Positions 16,693 through 26,477 of a stretch of DNA of 64,000 nucleotides are shown one piece after another. Under the pieces are notes generated by a model, which saw only the letters and a program-made list of their open reading frames with translations, did no database searches and had not been told where the DNA came from. Positions within the stretch are counted from its first letter, which is position 1; the number at the start of each line of letters is the position of its first letter. The position numbers were made by a program, and so were the translations under genes. Source of the DNA: an uncultured Alphaproteobacteria bacterium (GTDB taxonomy: Bacteria > Pseudomonadota > Alphaproteobacteria > RF32 > CAG-239); the NCBI GenBank assembly GCA_934273635.1, contig CAKQSV010000001.1, forward strand, positions 85,393-149,392. The letters run 5' to 3'.

Positions 16693-16850
16693 TTGCTGAG
16701 CTCCTGTCCTTTAACCAACAAATTAAGGTCTAAATTTTTTTCGGCCGCGACCAATTTTTTGGCGCTGACATAACCTTTGCAACGGCTGACCAACGCTCGC
16801 AACCGAGCAATCTCCGCCATAAAATATTTGCTGTCATAAACCTTTGGCAT
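16689..16850 (-). CDS. small protein (53 aa), translationally coupled to the lipoprotein
   Basis: GGAGGTG sits 5 nt upstream of the ATG. It has an ATGA overlap with the downstream gene. Not in the ORF track because it is under 60 aa. Confidence 0.3.
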   Translation of the reverse strand: MPKVYDSKYFMAEIARLRALVSRCKGYVSAKKLVAAEKNLDLNLLVKGQELSK

Positions 16851-16910
16851 TACCACACCTCCGCCTTGTTTATTTTGAGCCAGTTTAGCACAGTGGAGGT
16901 TAAGGCTTTA

Positions 16911-17210
16911 TTAATCCAAGAGTTTATAAATCTGCTCGCCGGCGTCTTCCAACACTTTCAAAACCTTGCGATTGGTGGTGTCTTTGGTGCGGCGGTTGCT
17001 CAATTTATTCAACATCTTTTGCAGTTTTTCATTAAACACACGATTTTGGCGCAATTTTTCAATATCGCGCTCAATTTCCTCATCCTCAATTTTATAATTT
17101 GTCACCGCTTTGAGCGTGGCCATATACTGCGCGTCTTTGGAAGCGCTGTATTGCGCCCGCGCCGGAGTTATACACATAACAAGTGCCAAAACAATTAAAA
17201 TTCTGTACAT
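16911..17210 (-). CDS. secreted hypothetical protein (signal peptide, charged helical region)
   Basis: N-terminus MYRILIVLALVMCITPARAQ. Confidence 0.45.
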   Translation of the reverse strand: MYRILIVLALVMCITPARAQYSASKDAQYMATLKAVTNYKIEDEEIERDIEKLRQNRVFNEKLQKMLNKLSNRRTKDTTNRKVLKVLEDAGEQIYKLLD

Positions 17211-17301
17211 TTATGCCCCTCCAAATAAAATTTGTTTGCTTTTAGGTGCTTTTTAGATTAACACATTAATTATTAAAAAACAATATATTGAGATTTTTAA
17301 A

Positions 17302-18273
17302 ATGAAGAGAACAATTTGGGTTTTGCTGGACAACCGCATGGGTAGCGTCGGACAGGCAAAAGGCATTATGCAGGAGCTTGACCCACAGCAATTTAATATT
17401 GTCGAAAAAAAATTGGAATATTCGCGTTGGGCGGCGTTACCAAATTTTTTGCGCCGCAGCACCCTGCTCGGAATTATTAACAAAGAGGTTTTAAGCGACG
17501 GTGTTCCCGATTTGATTATATCAACCAGTCGCAGAACCGCGCCGGCAGCCTTATACCTTAAGCGCAAGCACCCCAAAATTATTCTCACCCAACTGATGTT
17601 TGCCGGAAACTATGGGGCAGAACAATTTGCCCGCATTTTTCTGCCACAGCATGACGCCGGCAAAAAGCCGCGCAATAATTTTTATTTTACGGTCGGCTCG
17701 CCGCACCGCGTTAATCAATCCGCCCTGTCGGCGGCTGAAGCTAAATGGCGTGACAAATTTGCGCATTTGCCCAAGCCTTTAACCGCGGTTATTGTCGGCG
17801 GGTCTATCAAGGGCAAACCTTTTACAACCGAAAACGCAACAAACTTTGCTCTGGCGGTAAAAGCCCTCAAAGAGCGCATTGGCGGCAGTTTACTGATGAC
17901 AGATTCTCGGCGCACCGGCGTCGAACAAGAGAAAATTATAACCGATATTCTCAAAGATATTCCGGCGCACACGTTTTTGTGGGGAAGCAAAGATGAAAAC
18001 CCGATTATGGGATATTACGCCTGCGCCGATAATTTCGCGGTTAGCGGAGATTCTGTCTCAATGTGTTGCGAGGCTTGCGGCACAGGCAAACCGGTTTTTG
18101 TGTTTGAGGGCAAAGATTGGCTCACGCCCAAGCACCACCGCTTTGTCAAATCATTATACGACGGGGGTTATGCCGCGCCGTTAACCAATGGTTGCGAAAA
18201 ATTTGAGGGAGGCAAAATTCTTTATCCTTCCGCAGAAATCGCCGCCGAGATTACAGCCCTGCTTAATAAATAA
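17302..18273 (+). CDS. ELM1/DUF1022-family (mitochondrial fission ELM1-like) protein
   Basis: Size of ~323 aa and conserved blocks (WVLLDNRMGSVGQAKGI..., TAVIVGGS..., CADNFAVSGDSVSM) are typical of the alphaproteobacterial ELM1 family. Confidence 0.55.
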   Translation: MKRTIWVLLDNRMGSVGQAKGIMQELDPQQFNIVEKKLEYSRWAALPNFLRRSTLLGIINKEVLSDGVPDLIISTSRRTAPAALYLKRKHPKIILTQLMFAGNYGAEQFARIFLPQHDAGKKPRNNFYFTVGSPHRVNQSALSAAEAKWRDKFAHLPKPLTAVIVGGSIKGKPFTTENATNFALAVKALKERIGGSLLMTDSRRTGVEQEKIITDILKDIPAHTFLWGSKDENPIMGYYACADNFAVSGDSVSMCCEACGTGKPVFVFEGKDWLTPKHHRFVKSLYDGGYAAPLTNGCEKFEGGKILYPSAEIAAEITALLNK

Positions 18274-19039
18274 CCTGATCTTTGTCTTTGCGGGTGACGA
18301 CCACGCGTTGGTAAAGCCCACCCAAAAACTTTTGCTTTTTCCAGTTAAAGTCCAAATCCTTATCGGCATAGCTGGCGATTTCTCTGTCCCAAAGTTTTTC
18401 GGCAAAGGGTTGATACAGGCGGTTGAACATCCGCACCACATAAGCTAACGGATGCAATATGGAGGGGCGTCCGTAGTCCACAAAAATAACCCTTCCGCCT
18501 TCACGAATATGGTTGAGGGCATTGTTCACCACTTTCGTTTTGCTGACAATCGGCAGCTCGTGCAACAGCATATAGCAGATAATGGTATCATAATCCTCGG
18601 GCAGGTCGTCCTCGGCGTTATAGTGATAAAAATTTACCTGAGGGTAGCCGTCGCCAAGTTGCTCCCGCGCAAAAGTCAACTGCGCATGGTTGATGTCTAT
18701 CACATCAAAGCGACCTTTCAAGCCGACCTGCTCAGCCACCGCCTGAATCTCATCACCAAAGCTAACCCCCATTTGCAATACTTTTGACTTGGGATAAACC
18801 TCTTCAATAAACGAGTTGATGATTTTGTCACGGGTGAACAGGCTCAAAATATTGTTCACCAGCCGCGAGCCAAAAAACTTAAACCACTTTTCCTCGCCAT
18901 AAAGATTGGGGTATATGGCGGTGTGATAAATCGGCGTGGGAAAGTCTTTGGAGCACATAAAGGTTTTGCCCTCAAGCTCAAGTTTTTCCTGCTGCTCTTG
19001 CTGTTCTTCCTGTTCAATCTCGCTTATCAGTTTTATCAT
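18263..19039 (-). CDS. class I methyltransferase-fold protein with a degenerate SAM motif I
   Basis: VLQMGVSFGDEI stands in place of the canonical VLDxGCGxG. Has acidic-loop and motif II/III-like blocks. Similar in size to RquA. Confidence 0.45.
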   Translation of the reverse strand: MIKLISEIEQEEQQEQQEKLELEGKTFMCSKDFPTPIYHTAIYPNLYGEEKWFKFFGSRLVNNILSLFTRDKIINSFIEEVYPKSKVLQMGVSFGDEIQAVAEQVGLKGRFDVIDINHAQLTFAREQLGDGYPQVNFYHYNAEDDLPEDYDTIICYMLLHELPIVSKTKVVNNALNHIREGGRVIFVDYGRPSILHPLAYVVRMFNRLYQPFAEKLWDREIASYADKDLDFNWKKQKFLGGLYQRVVVTRKDKDQVIY

Positions 19040-19047
19040 GGCAACCT

Positions 19048-19716
19048 CTATTTGTTGGAATTTTCTTTAATCAGCCCGCGTTTGACCGCCTCAATCACCG
19101 CCGCGGTGCGGTTATAAACACCCAAAATTTTGAGTATGGCGGTCACATGGAGTTTGACAGTGCCTTCCGTCAGCCCCAGTTCATAAGCAATCTGCTTGTT
19201 GGATTTGCCCGATGCCACGCACTCAAGTACCGCCAGTTGACGCGGTGTTAAGTGGCACTCTTCTGACGGCTTGAGATTGACAACACTGTCAAACAGCTTT
19301 TCGCTTTCTGAAATTTTTTGAGTTTGCAAAAAATCACGCGGCAGATAAACACCACCCGAGAGCACCAAATTTAACGCCTCTAAAATTTCGGTATGCGACG
19401 CGGTTTTTGAAATATAACCGGAAACCCCGATTTCAATGGTTTTTTGCACAATCTCGCGGTCAAACACCGCTGACAAAATGATTATCGGCGTGTCAGGCAG
19501 AGTTTGGTGAATTTTTAAGATTGCATTATTCCACACATCTCCGGGCATGGCCAAATCGGTCATAATAACGTCAAAGTCATCTTGTTTGGCGATAATGTTG
19601 AAAATATCGTTGTAGTTGTGCGCCTCAACCAATTCGGCATTAGGATAACTGCCGGAGAGAATCAGGCTGACACCTTTCAAAAACAATTCGTGATCGTCCG
19701 CTATGAGTATTTTCAT
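19048..19716 (-). CDS. two-component response regulator, NarL/FixJ (LuxR-HTH) family
   Basis: MKILIADDHELF...DVIMTDLAMPG receiver domain plus a C-terminal LTPRQLAVLECVASGKSNKQIAYELGLTEGTVKLHV helix-turn-helix. Confidence 0.8.
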   Translation of the reverse strand: MKILIADDHELFLKGVSLILSGSYPNAELVEAHNYNDIFNIIAKQDDFDVIMTDLAMPGDVWNNAILKIHQTLPDTPIIILSAVFDREIVQKTIEIGVSGYISKTASHTEILEALNLVLSGGVYLPRDFLQTQKISESEKLFDSVVNLKPSEECHLTPRQLAVLECVASGKSNKQIAYELGLTEGTVKLHVTAILKILGVYNRTAAVIEAVKRGLIKENSNK

Positions 19717-20435
19717 TGCCAATCTCCACTTAAGGCTTGCCAACAAGACAGTGCCGCCGCCACCGCCGTTTCGGCGCGCAAAATGCGATTGCCGAGTTTA
19801 ACGCCGCGAGCGAAAGGCTCTTGCCGCAGGCGATTTAATTCCGCCTCTGAAAAACCACCTTCAGGTCCTACCAAAATGGCGCAAGGCGCAGGCGCGTGCG
19901 CAAAAACCTCCGCCACGGGACGACCGTTCAGGGTCTCGTCCATATAATACAACAGGCGAGTTTTATCCCACTCGTTGAGCAAGACATCAAACTTGACCGC
20001 GTCGGCAATTTCCGCCACATCGGTGCGACGGCACTGCTCGGCGGCCTCTATCGCATTGGCGACAAAACGCTCTTTTTTAATGCGCTCCGCCATGGTATAG
20101 CGGCTGATGACCGGAATAATTTTTTTAACACCCAACTCCACCGCCTTTTGCACGATAAAATCGGTATTGTCTTTTTTGACCGGCGCAAACAACAGCCAAA
20201 TATCCGGCACCGACTGCAAGGCTTTGTCGTGGCTGATGACCCGCAAAGAGCAATGCTTTTTGGAAACCTCGCACACCTCGCAACCGTATTCGCCGCTCAA
20301 GCCGTTAAAACACGACACCGTCTCGCCTTGTTTCACCTTCATCACATTGCAAAGGTAATGGCTTTGCTCTTCGGGCAAAACAAGCGTTTGATTCAAGCTC
20401 AGAGGTTGCGGCACATATAATCTGATTTTTCCCAT
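19713..20435 (-). CDS. rsmE: 16S rRNA (uracil1498-N3)-methyltransferase RsmE
   Basis: Has the RsmE fold and motifs (PEGGFSEAE). Its stop overlaps the response-regulator start. Confidence 0.7.
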   Translation of the reverse strand: MGKIRLYVPQPLSLNQTLVLPEEQSHYLCNVMKVKQGETVSCFNGLSGEYGCEVCEVSKKHCSLRVISHDKALQSVPDIWLLFAPVKKDNTDFIVQKAVELGVKKIIPVISRYTMAERIKKERFVANAIEAAEQCRRTDVAEIADAVKFDVLLNEWDKTRLLYYMDETLNGRPVAEVFAHAPAPCAILVGPEGGFSEAELNRLRQEPFARGVKLGNRILRAETAVAAALSCWQALSGDWQ

Positions 20436-20531
20436 TAACAAAAACTCTGTATAACTCTAAAAATATAATCTTATTTTAGATAATATGTGTTAAATTTTCG
20501 CTAAACGTGAATTTATATTTTGAGGATGGAA

Positions 20532-21197
20532 ATGATTATCACCATAGACGGACCGGCCGCCGCCGGAAAAGGAACTTTGGCCGCGGTGTTGGCGTCAACC
20601 TATCATCTGGCTTATTTTGACACCGGTATGATTTATCGCGCGGTCGGTTTGGATATGTTTTTGCACCATGACGACCCGTCTGATGAAAATTTGGCTGAAA
20701 AATACGCGCAAGCTCTGACTTTCGCTCACATGCACGAGCTGGCGAAAAACCCTGATTTTCGCTCGTCGGTGGGCGGCAAATATGCCTCAATCGTATCGGC
20801 TCACCCAAAAGTGAGAGCCGCATTGCTTAAAATGCAACAAGATTTTGCCCAAAAGCCGATTTTTGCCGACGGCACACCGGCAAAAGGCGCAATTTTTGAC
20901 GGACGAGACACCGGCACAGTGGTTTGCCCTAATGCCGATATTAAGTTTTTTATCACCGCGTCAACCGAAGTTCGGGCAATGCGGCGTTTTAAGGAATTTC
21001 AGGCCAAAGGAATTGACGCCGACTATCAGAAGGTTTTGCAAGACATGAAAGAGCGTGACGAGCGCGACGCCTCCCGCGCCACGGCGCCAATGACCGCCGC
21101 CGCAGACGCCGTGATTTTTGATACTTCTACGATGGCGATTGACGAGGTTTTGGCTTTTTCGCTTAAAATAATTGATAAAAAACTCAAAGCCTCTTAA
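20532..21197 (+). CDS. cmk: cytidylate kinase
   Basis: IITIDGPAAAGKGT P-loop. GAGGA sits 5 nt upstream of the ATG at 20532. cmk-rpsA synteny. Confidence 0.85.
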   Translation: MIITIDGPAAAGKGTLAAVLASTYHLAYFDTGMIYRAVGLDMFLHHDDPSDENLAEKYAQALTFAHMHELAKNPDFRSSVGGKYASIVSAHPKVRAALLKMQQDFAQKPIFADGTPAKGAIFDGRDTGTVVCPNADIKFFITASTEVRAMRRFKEFQAKGIDADYQKVLQDMKERDERDASRATAPMTAAADAVIFDTSTMAIDEVLAFSLKIIDKKLKAS

Positions 21198-21383
21198 AGA
21201 AAATACTTGAAAAATAATATATTGCTTGTATAAATAACGCAGTTTAGACGCGGGGTACGCCGGTTTAGACTGCGTTAATTTCGTACAAGTCCGCCCAGTG
21301 AAAAGACTTCGGTTTTATACCGGAGGACAAAACTTCGGTTTTATAATTGAAGGTCGGGTTGGCATTTTGAAAATATTTTATTT

Positions 21384-23069
21384 ATGACAAACACAGAATT
21401 TAAAATCCCTGAAACGACCGAAAACTTTGCTGAATTGTTGAACGAACAATTCGGTGAAAACTCTATTACCGGTTCTGTTGTTAAGGGTACTATTATCCGC
21501 TTGACCCCCGACTTCGCTATGGTTGACGTCGGATTGAAATCTGAAGGTCGTATTCCTTTGCGTGAATTCGGTCAAAATCCGGAACTCAAAGTCGGCGACA
21601 AAGTTGAAGTTTATGTTGACAGATATGAAGACAAAGACGGTCAAATTGTTTTGTCTCGTGAAAAAGCTCGTCGTGAAGAAGTTTGGCAAGACCTTGAGAA
21701 ATGTCTCAACTCCGGCGAAAGAGTCAACGGTGTTATTTTTGGTCGTGTTAAAGGCGGCTTTACGGTTGATTTGAACGGCGCTATCGCATTCTTGCCCGGC
21801 TCTCAAATCGACATCCGTCCTATCCGCGACATTACGCCTTTGATGGGTATTTCTCAGCCGTTCCAAATTTTGAAAATGGACAAGGTTAGAGGCAACATCG
21901 TTGTTTCTCGCCGCGTTGTTTTGGAAGAAACCCGCGCTGAAGCTCGCGCCGAACTCATCGGCGACCTCAAAGAAGGCTCTGTTTTGGAAGGTGTTGTTAA
22001 AAACATTACCGATTACGGCGCGTTCATTGATTTGGGCGGCGTTGACGGTTTGTTGCACGTTACCGATATTTCTTGGAAACGTATCAATCATCCGGCAGAA
22101 GTTTTGTCTGTTGGTCAGACCGTTAAAGTTCAGGTTATCAAGTTCAACGAAGACAACCAACGCATTTCTTTGGGTATGAAACAGCTTGAGAGCGACCCAT
22201 GGCAGAACGTTGCCGAGAAGTTCAAAGTCGGCGATATTTGCAAAGGTAAAGTCACAAATATTACCGATTATGGTGCTTTTGTTGAGCTCGAAGACGGCAT
22301 TGAAGGTTTGGTTCACGTTTCTGAAATGAGCTGGACTCGTAAAAACGTTCACCCGGGTAAAATCGTTTCTACTTCTCAGGAAGTTGAAGTTAAGGTTTTG
22401 GAAGTTGATGCTGACAAACGTCGTATCTCTCTGGGTATCAAACAATGCACTCCGAATCCTTGGGCTGCTTATATTGAAGAGCATCCGGTCGGATCCGTTA
22501 TCGAAGGTAAAATCAAAAACATTACCGAATTCGGTTTGTTTGTTGGTTTGTCTGACGAGATTGACGGTATGATTCACTTGTCCGATATTTCTTGGGACAA
22601 ATCAGGTGAAGAAGCCGTTAAAGACTATGCAAAAGGTCAAGATATTCAAGCTAAAATCATTGACGTTGATGTTGAAAAAGAACGTATCAGCCTTGGTATC
22701 AAACAGCTGACCGAAAGCACCGTTGCCGGCGCTTTGGAAGGCGTTAAGAAAGGTGATGTTGTTAAAGCAACCGTTACCGCTATTGAAGACAAAGGCGTTA
22801 CTGTTGACGTTAATGGCTTGACCGCAAGCATTAAAAAAGCTGACTTGTCAAAAGATAAGGCCGGTCAAAACCTCGACAACTACAAAGAAGGCGATGTTTT
22901 GGAAGCCAAAGTTACTTCTGTTGACAAGAAAAACGGTAAAATCGGCTTGTCTGTAAAAGCTTTGGAAATTGAAGAAGAGAAGAAAGCTTTGGAAGAATAT
23001 TCTAATACTTCTTCTTCAAATTCTGCCTTTGGCGATGCCTTGGGCGAGGCTTTGAAGAAAAATGCTTAA
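21384..23069 (+). CDS. rpsA: 30S ribosomal protein S1
   Basis: Six S1 domains, 561 aa. Confidence 0.95.
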   Translation: MTNTEFKIPETTENFAELLNEQFGENSITGSVVKGTIIRLTPDFAMVDVGLKSEGRIPLREFGQNPELKVGDKVEVYVDRYEDKDGQIVLSREKARREEVWQDLEKCLNSGERVNGVIFGRVKGGFTVDLNGAIAFLPGSQIDIRPIRDITPLMGISQPFQILKMDKVRGNIVVSRRVVLEETRAEARAELIGDLKEGSVLEGVVKNITDYGAFIDLGGVDGLLHVTDISWKRINHPAEVLSVGQTVKVQVIKFNEDNQRISLGMKQLESDPWQNVAEKFKVGDICKGKVTNITDYGAFVELEDGIEGLVHVSEMSWTRKNVHPGKIVSTSQEVEVKVLEVDADKRRISLGIKQCTPNPWAAYIEEHPVGSVIEGKIKNITEFGLFVGLSDEIDGMIHLSDISWDKSGEEAVKDYAKGQDIQAKIIDVDVEKERISLGIKQLTESTVAGALEGVKKGDVVKATVTAIEDKGVTVDVNGLTASIKKADLSKDKAGQNLDNYKEGDVLEAKVTSVDKKNGKIGLSVKALEIEEEKKALEEYSNTSSSNSAFGDALGEALKKNA

Positions 23070-23096
23070 TCTTTAGCATTTGAGCGAACTTAAAAA

Positions 23097-23132
23097 GATA
23101 CCTTCGGGAGCAATTCCGAAGGTATTTTTTTT
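23097..23132. terminator. bidirectional rho-independent terminator (rpsA and the convergent XRE gene)
   Basis: Stem ataccttcgg / ccgaaggtat followed by TTTTTTTT. Confidence 0.75.
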
Positions 23133-23138
23133 GGGGCT

Positions 23139-23534
23139 TTAGTGGGGATTATTCGTACTCAAAGCATTGAGCAGAGAGCGCATGGCGACGCTTACATCCT
23201 TATTTTTAACCTTTTGGCGGTACTGCAAAAACTCTAAGACATCCGGCTCGGCGGCAATACAGATATCCGAGGGCGAAACCGCGCGGTTATCTCCGTCTTC
23301 AAAAAAGAAACCAATGTCACTACCCAAAATTTGACTGATATGAAATAAGCGGGCGGCGGAAATGTTGCTCTGCCCTTTTTCATATTTTTGCACCTGCTGA
23401 AAAGAAATGCCGAGACTGCGCGCCAAATCGTTTTGGGTGCGCGCGGAAAGCTCTCGCAAAAGCTTAATGCGAAGACCGATGTTTTTATTAATCGTCAGCG
23501 CGTCTATTGTGTTGGTATGACCTAAATTTTCCAT
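23139..23534 (-). CDS. XRE-family (Cro/C1 HTH) transcriptional regulator
   Basis: LRELSARTQNDLARSLGISFQQVQKYEKGQSNIS helix-turn-helix. Confidence 0.7.
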   Translation of the reverse strand: MENLGHTNTIDALTINKNIGLRIKLLRELSARTQNDLARSLGISFQQVQKYEKGQSNISAARLFHISQILGSDIGFFFEDGDNRAVSPSDICIAAEPDVLEFLQYRQKVKNKDVSVAMRSLLNALSTNNPH

Positions 23535-23592
23535 AAAATGCCCTCCCTGTGTTTTAGATAGGGCGTTAAGGGCGGTTTTTCATCGCTAGACT

Positions 23593-24666
23593 TTAGATTT
23601 TATCAAAATTGATACGAGGGTCGACCAAAGAATAGGTTATATCGCTGATGAGTTTTAGAACCAAACCCAACAAGGCAAATATGTATAATGTTCCAAAAAC
23701 CACCGGATAGTCACGGGTCATAATTGACTCATAACCCAACAAGCCTAAACCGTTGAGGGAGAAAATCACCTCAATTAACAAAGAGCCGGTGAACAGCATT
23801 TTGAGCAACAAGGACGGAAAACCGGCAATAACAATCAGCATGGCGTTGCGGAAAATATGTCCATACAAGATTTTATGCTCACTCAAGCCTTTGGCGCGCG
23901 CTGTCAGTACGTAGGGTTTGTTGATTTCATCCAAAAACGAATTTTTGGTCAGCATGGTCAAGCCGGCAAAACCGCCGATAACCATGGCGACAACCGGCAA
24001 GGTGATATGCCAAAAATAGTCTATGATTTTGCCGCCTAAACTTAAGGTGTCCCAGTTGTCGGAGGTCAATCCACGCAGCGGAAACCACTGAAAATAAATG
24101 CCGCCGGCAAACACCACAATCAAAAACACCGCAAACAAAAACACCGGTATCGCCGCGCCGATAACCACTAAAAACGAGCTCCAAATGTCAAACGAGCTTC
24201 CGTCTTTGACCGCTTTTTTTATACCGAGCGGAATAGCTATCAGATAAATCAACAGGGTTGACCAAACACCCAGCGAGATTGAAACCGGCATACGCTCTTT
24301 TATCAACTGCCAAACCGTTTTATCGCGGTAAAAACTTTTGCCAAAGTCAAAAACCGCATAGTCTTTGAGCATTTTAACAAAGCGTTCGTGCGACGGTCGG
24401 TCAAATCCAAATTGTTTTTCCAGAGCTTTGACCAAATCTTCGGGCACACCCTGCGCGCCCTGATAGCGACTTTGCGCCTCGTGCATTTTGACTTGCGCCG
24501 AAGAGCTGACCGCCGAGGCGGCGTCGGTATTCATACCGCGATATTGCGCTAAAGTGTGTTCTATCGGTCCGCCGGGGGCAAGCTGAATAATCAAAAAATT
24601 AAGCGACAAAATACCCAACAGCGTGAGGGGAATCAGCAACAGGCGTTTGATAATATAATTTCTCAT
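23593..24666 (-). CDS. yejB: ABC transporter permease, DppB/OppB family (YejB-like)
   Basis: Polytopic permease of 357 aa. Has an ATGA overlap with the upstream substrate-binding-protein gene. Confidence 0.65.
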   Translation of the reverse strand: MRNYIIKRLLLIPLTLLGILSLNFLIIQLAPGGPIEHTLAQYRGMNTDAASAVSSSAQVKMHEAQSRYQGAQGVPEDLVKALEKQFGFDRPSHERFVKMLKDYAVFDFGKSFYRDKTVWQLIKERMPVSISLGVWSTLLIYLIAIPLGIKKAVKDGSSFDIWSSFLVVIGAAIPVFLFAVFLIVVFAGGIYFQWFPLRGLTSDNWDTLSLGGKIIDYFWHITLPVVAMVIGGFAGLTMLTKNSFLDEINKPYVLTARAKGLSEHKILYGHIFRNAMLIVIAGFPSLLLKMLFTGSLLIEVIFSLNGLGLLGYESIMTRDYPVVFGTLYIFALLGLVLKLISDITYSLVDPRINFDKI

Positions 24667-26477
24667 TTTGACAAGTCTTTCATCCACCATGTGTGTGGTA
24701 GAAATCCGGTTTTGACTTTGGTTTGCGGTTGGGCGAACTTATCCCAATAAGCCACGCGTTGGGTGGGCGAATACCAGTGCGGAATAAGGTAGCAACCGTG
24801 CAACAACACCCTGTCCAGAGCTTTAACGGCGGCTTCATAGTCATCTTTGGTTTGGGCTGTCACCACCGCCTTAATCAGAGCGTCAACCACCGGATTTTTA
24901 ACACCGATAATATTATAGCTGCCTTTTTGGTCTCCGGCTTGCGAGCCCCACATTTCAAATTGCTCGTTACCAGGCATACGACTAACACCAAAGCCGGCTA
25001 TCGCCACGTCAAAATCAAAATTATCCAGACGGTTTTTGAACACGCTCGGCTCAATATTGCGAAACTTGAGCTTGACGCCGATTTTTTTGAGGTTGGCAAT
25101 AAACGGCAACATAACCCGCGTGAAAGATGAGCCATTAGCAGAGTTACCCAAAACCTCAAATTCAAGCGGTTCTCCGGTTTGGAGGTTGGTCATTTTGCCG
25201 TTCACAAAATCATAGCCCGCGGCTTGTAGTAATTTAACCGCTTGGCGGAGATTTTGTCGGGTTGCGGACGGGGTGGGATGTTGGGGTTGGGTTGGCGGCG
25301 TGGTGAAAATATCACTATCCAACTGCGCACGATAGCGATTGAGCAAGGCTAACTCTTTTCCTTGCGGCAAGCCAGTCGCCTCCATGCCGGTATTGGGGAA
25401 AAAGCTGTTTATGCGGCGGTATTGCCCATAAAACAGGTTTTCGTTCGCCCACTCAAAATTAAATGCCAACGCAATTGCCTGACGCACACGGCGGTCTTTA
25501 AACTTGTCTTTGCGCAGGTTAAAGGCAAAATTTTGCAGCGGCGCGGCATTGTTGTGCAGAATATCCGCCTTGATAACTTTTCCGCTTTTAATTATATCGT
25601 TGTCGTAGCCGGTCGCCCAGATTTTGGCGATGTATTCCTCACGCGTGTCGATATTGCCGGCAAACAACGCCTGCAAAGTGACCGTGGTGTCTTGATAGTA
25701 GTCATAACGCAACTCATCAAAATTATACATCCCCTTGCGGCTCGGCAAGTCTTTCGCCCAATAATCGGGGTTGCGCTTGAAAACAATGTATTGATTGACC
25801 GAAAATTTATCAAGGTAATAAGGTCCGCTCCCGAGGGGCGGCGTTAAAGTCGGCGTGGCAAAATCTTTGCCCTGCCAATCGGCGGCGGAATAAATGCTCA
25901 TTTGCGCCAAAATCAACGGCAATTCACGGTTTTTGCTGTCTTTTTTGAAGTAAAAACGCACATGGCGGTCATTAAGTTTTTCCACTCGCTCCACATCGGC
26001 ATAATAAATTTTATACAGCGGCTGACCTTTTTCAACCAACGCGTTATAAGAAAAAATCACATCATCGGCCAAAACCGGCGTGCCGTCACGAAATTTGGCG
26101 CGTTCATCCAAAATAAAACCGACATAGCTTTTGTCCGCCGGATATTCAAAGGCTTTGGCCAACAACGGATAAATCGTGGAAATATCATCAACCGCCGTCA
26201 CGCCCAACGTATCTAATGTCAGCGACACGGTATAGCCGCCGTCGGCTATGCCCTTAAAGATAAAGGGGTTAAAATTGTCAAAAGTGCCATAGGTCGGGGC
26301 AACCATCCGTCCCCCTTTGGGCGCACAGGGATTGACATAAGAAAAATGCGAAAAATCAGCCGGATATTCGGCTCGGCCATAAAGCGCCAAATATGGCAGT
26401 GTTTTGGCGTGCGCCGCCGTGCAAAACAGCAGACACCCCACAAGCGCCGCCAATCTATTTGTTATAGTTGTCGGCAT
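24663..26477 (-). CDS. yejA: ABC transporter periplasmic substrate-binding protein, family 5 (YejA-like)
   Basis: Signal peptide MPTTITNRLAALVGCLLFCTAAHA. Has the ~600-aa SBP_bac_5 architecture. Confidence 0.65.
   Translation of the reverse strand: MPTTITNRLAALVGCLLFCTAAHAKTLPYLALYGRAEYPADFSHFSYVNPCAPKGGRMVAPTYGTFDNFNPFIFKGIADGGYTVSLTLDTLGVTAVDDISTIYPLLAKAFEYPADKSYVGFILDERAKFRDGTPVLADDVIFSYNALVEKGQPLYKIYYADVERVEKLNDRHVRFYFKKDSKNRELPLILAQMSIYSAADWQGKDFATPTLTPPLGSGPYYLDKFSVNQYIVFKRNPDYWAKDLPSRKGMYNFDELRYDYYQDTTVTLQALFAGNIDTREEYIAKIWATGYDNDIIKSGKVIKADILHNNAAPLQNFAFNLRKDKFKDRRVRQAIALAFNFEWANENLFYGQYRRINSFFPNTGMEATGLPQGKELALLNRYRAQLDSDIFTTPPTQPQHPTPSATRQNLRQAVKLLQAAGYDFVNGKMTNLQTGEPLEFEVLGNSANGSSFTRVMLPFIANLKKIGVKLKFRNIEPSVFKNRLDNFDFDVAIAGFGVSRMPGNEQFEMWGSQAGDQKGSYNIIGVKNPVVDALIKAVVTAQTKDDYEAAVKALDRVLLHGCYLIPHWYSPTQRVAYWDKFAQPQTKVKTGFLPHTWWMKDLSK

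Noticed and set aside
21198-21383. Structured leader or riboswitch upstream of rpsA
   Set aside because: There are direct repeats (gtttagac x2, acttcggttttata x2) but no recognisable riboswitch consensus. It is probably an S1 autoregulatory leader, which the sequence alone does not show.
21378-22577. 399-aa minus-strand ORF
   Set aside because: It lies antisense inside rpsA. Its Phe/Asn/Val-rich composition is the complement of rpsA codons. Spurious.
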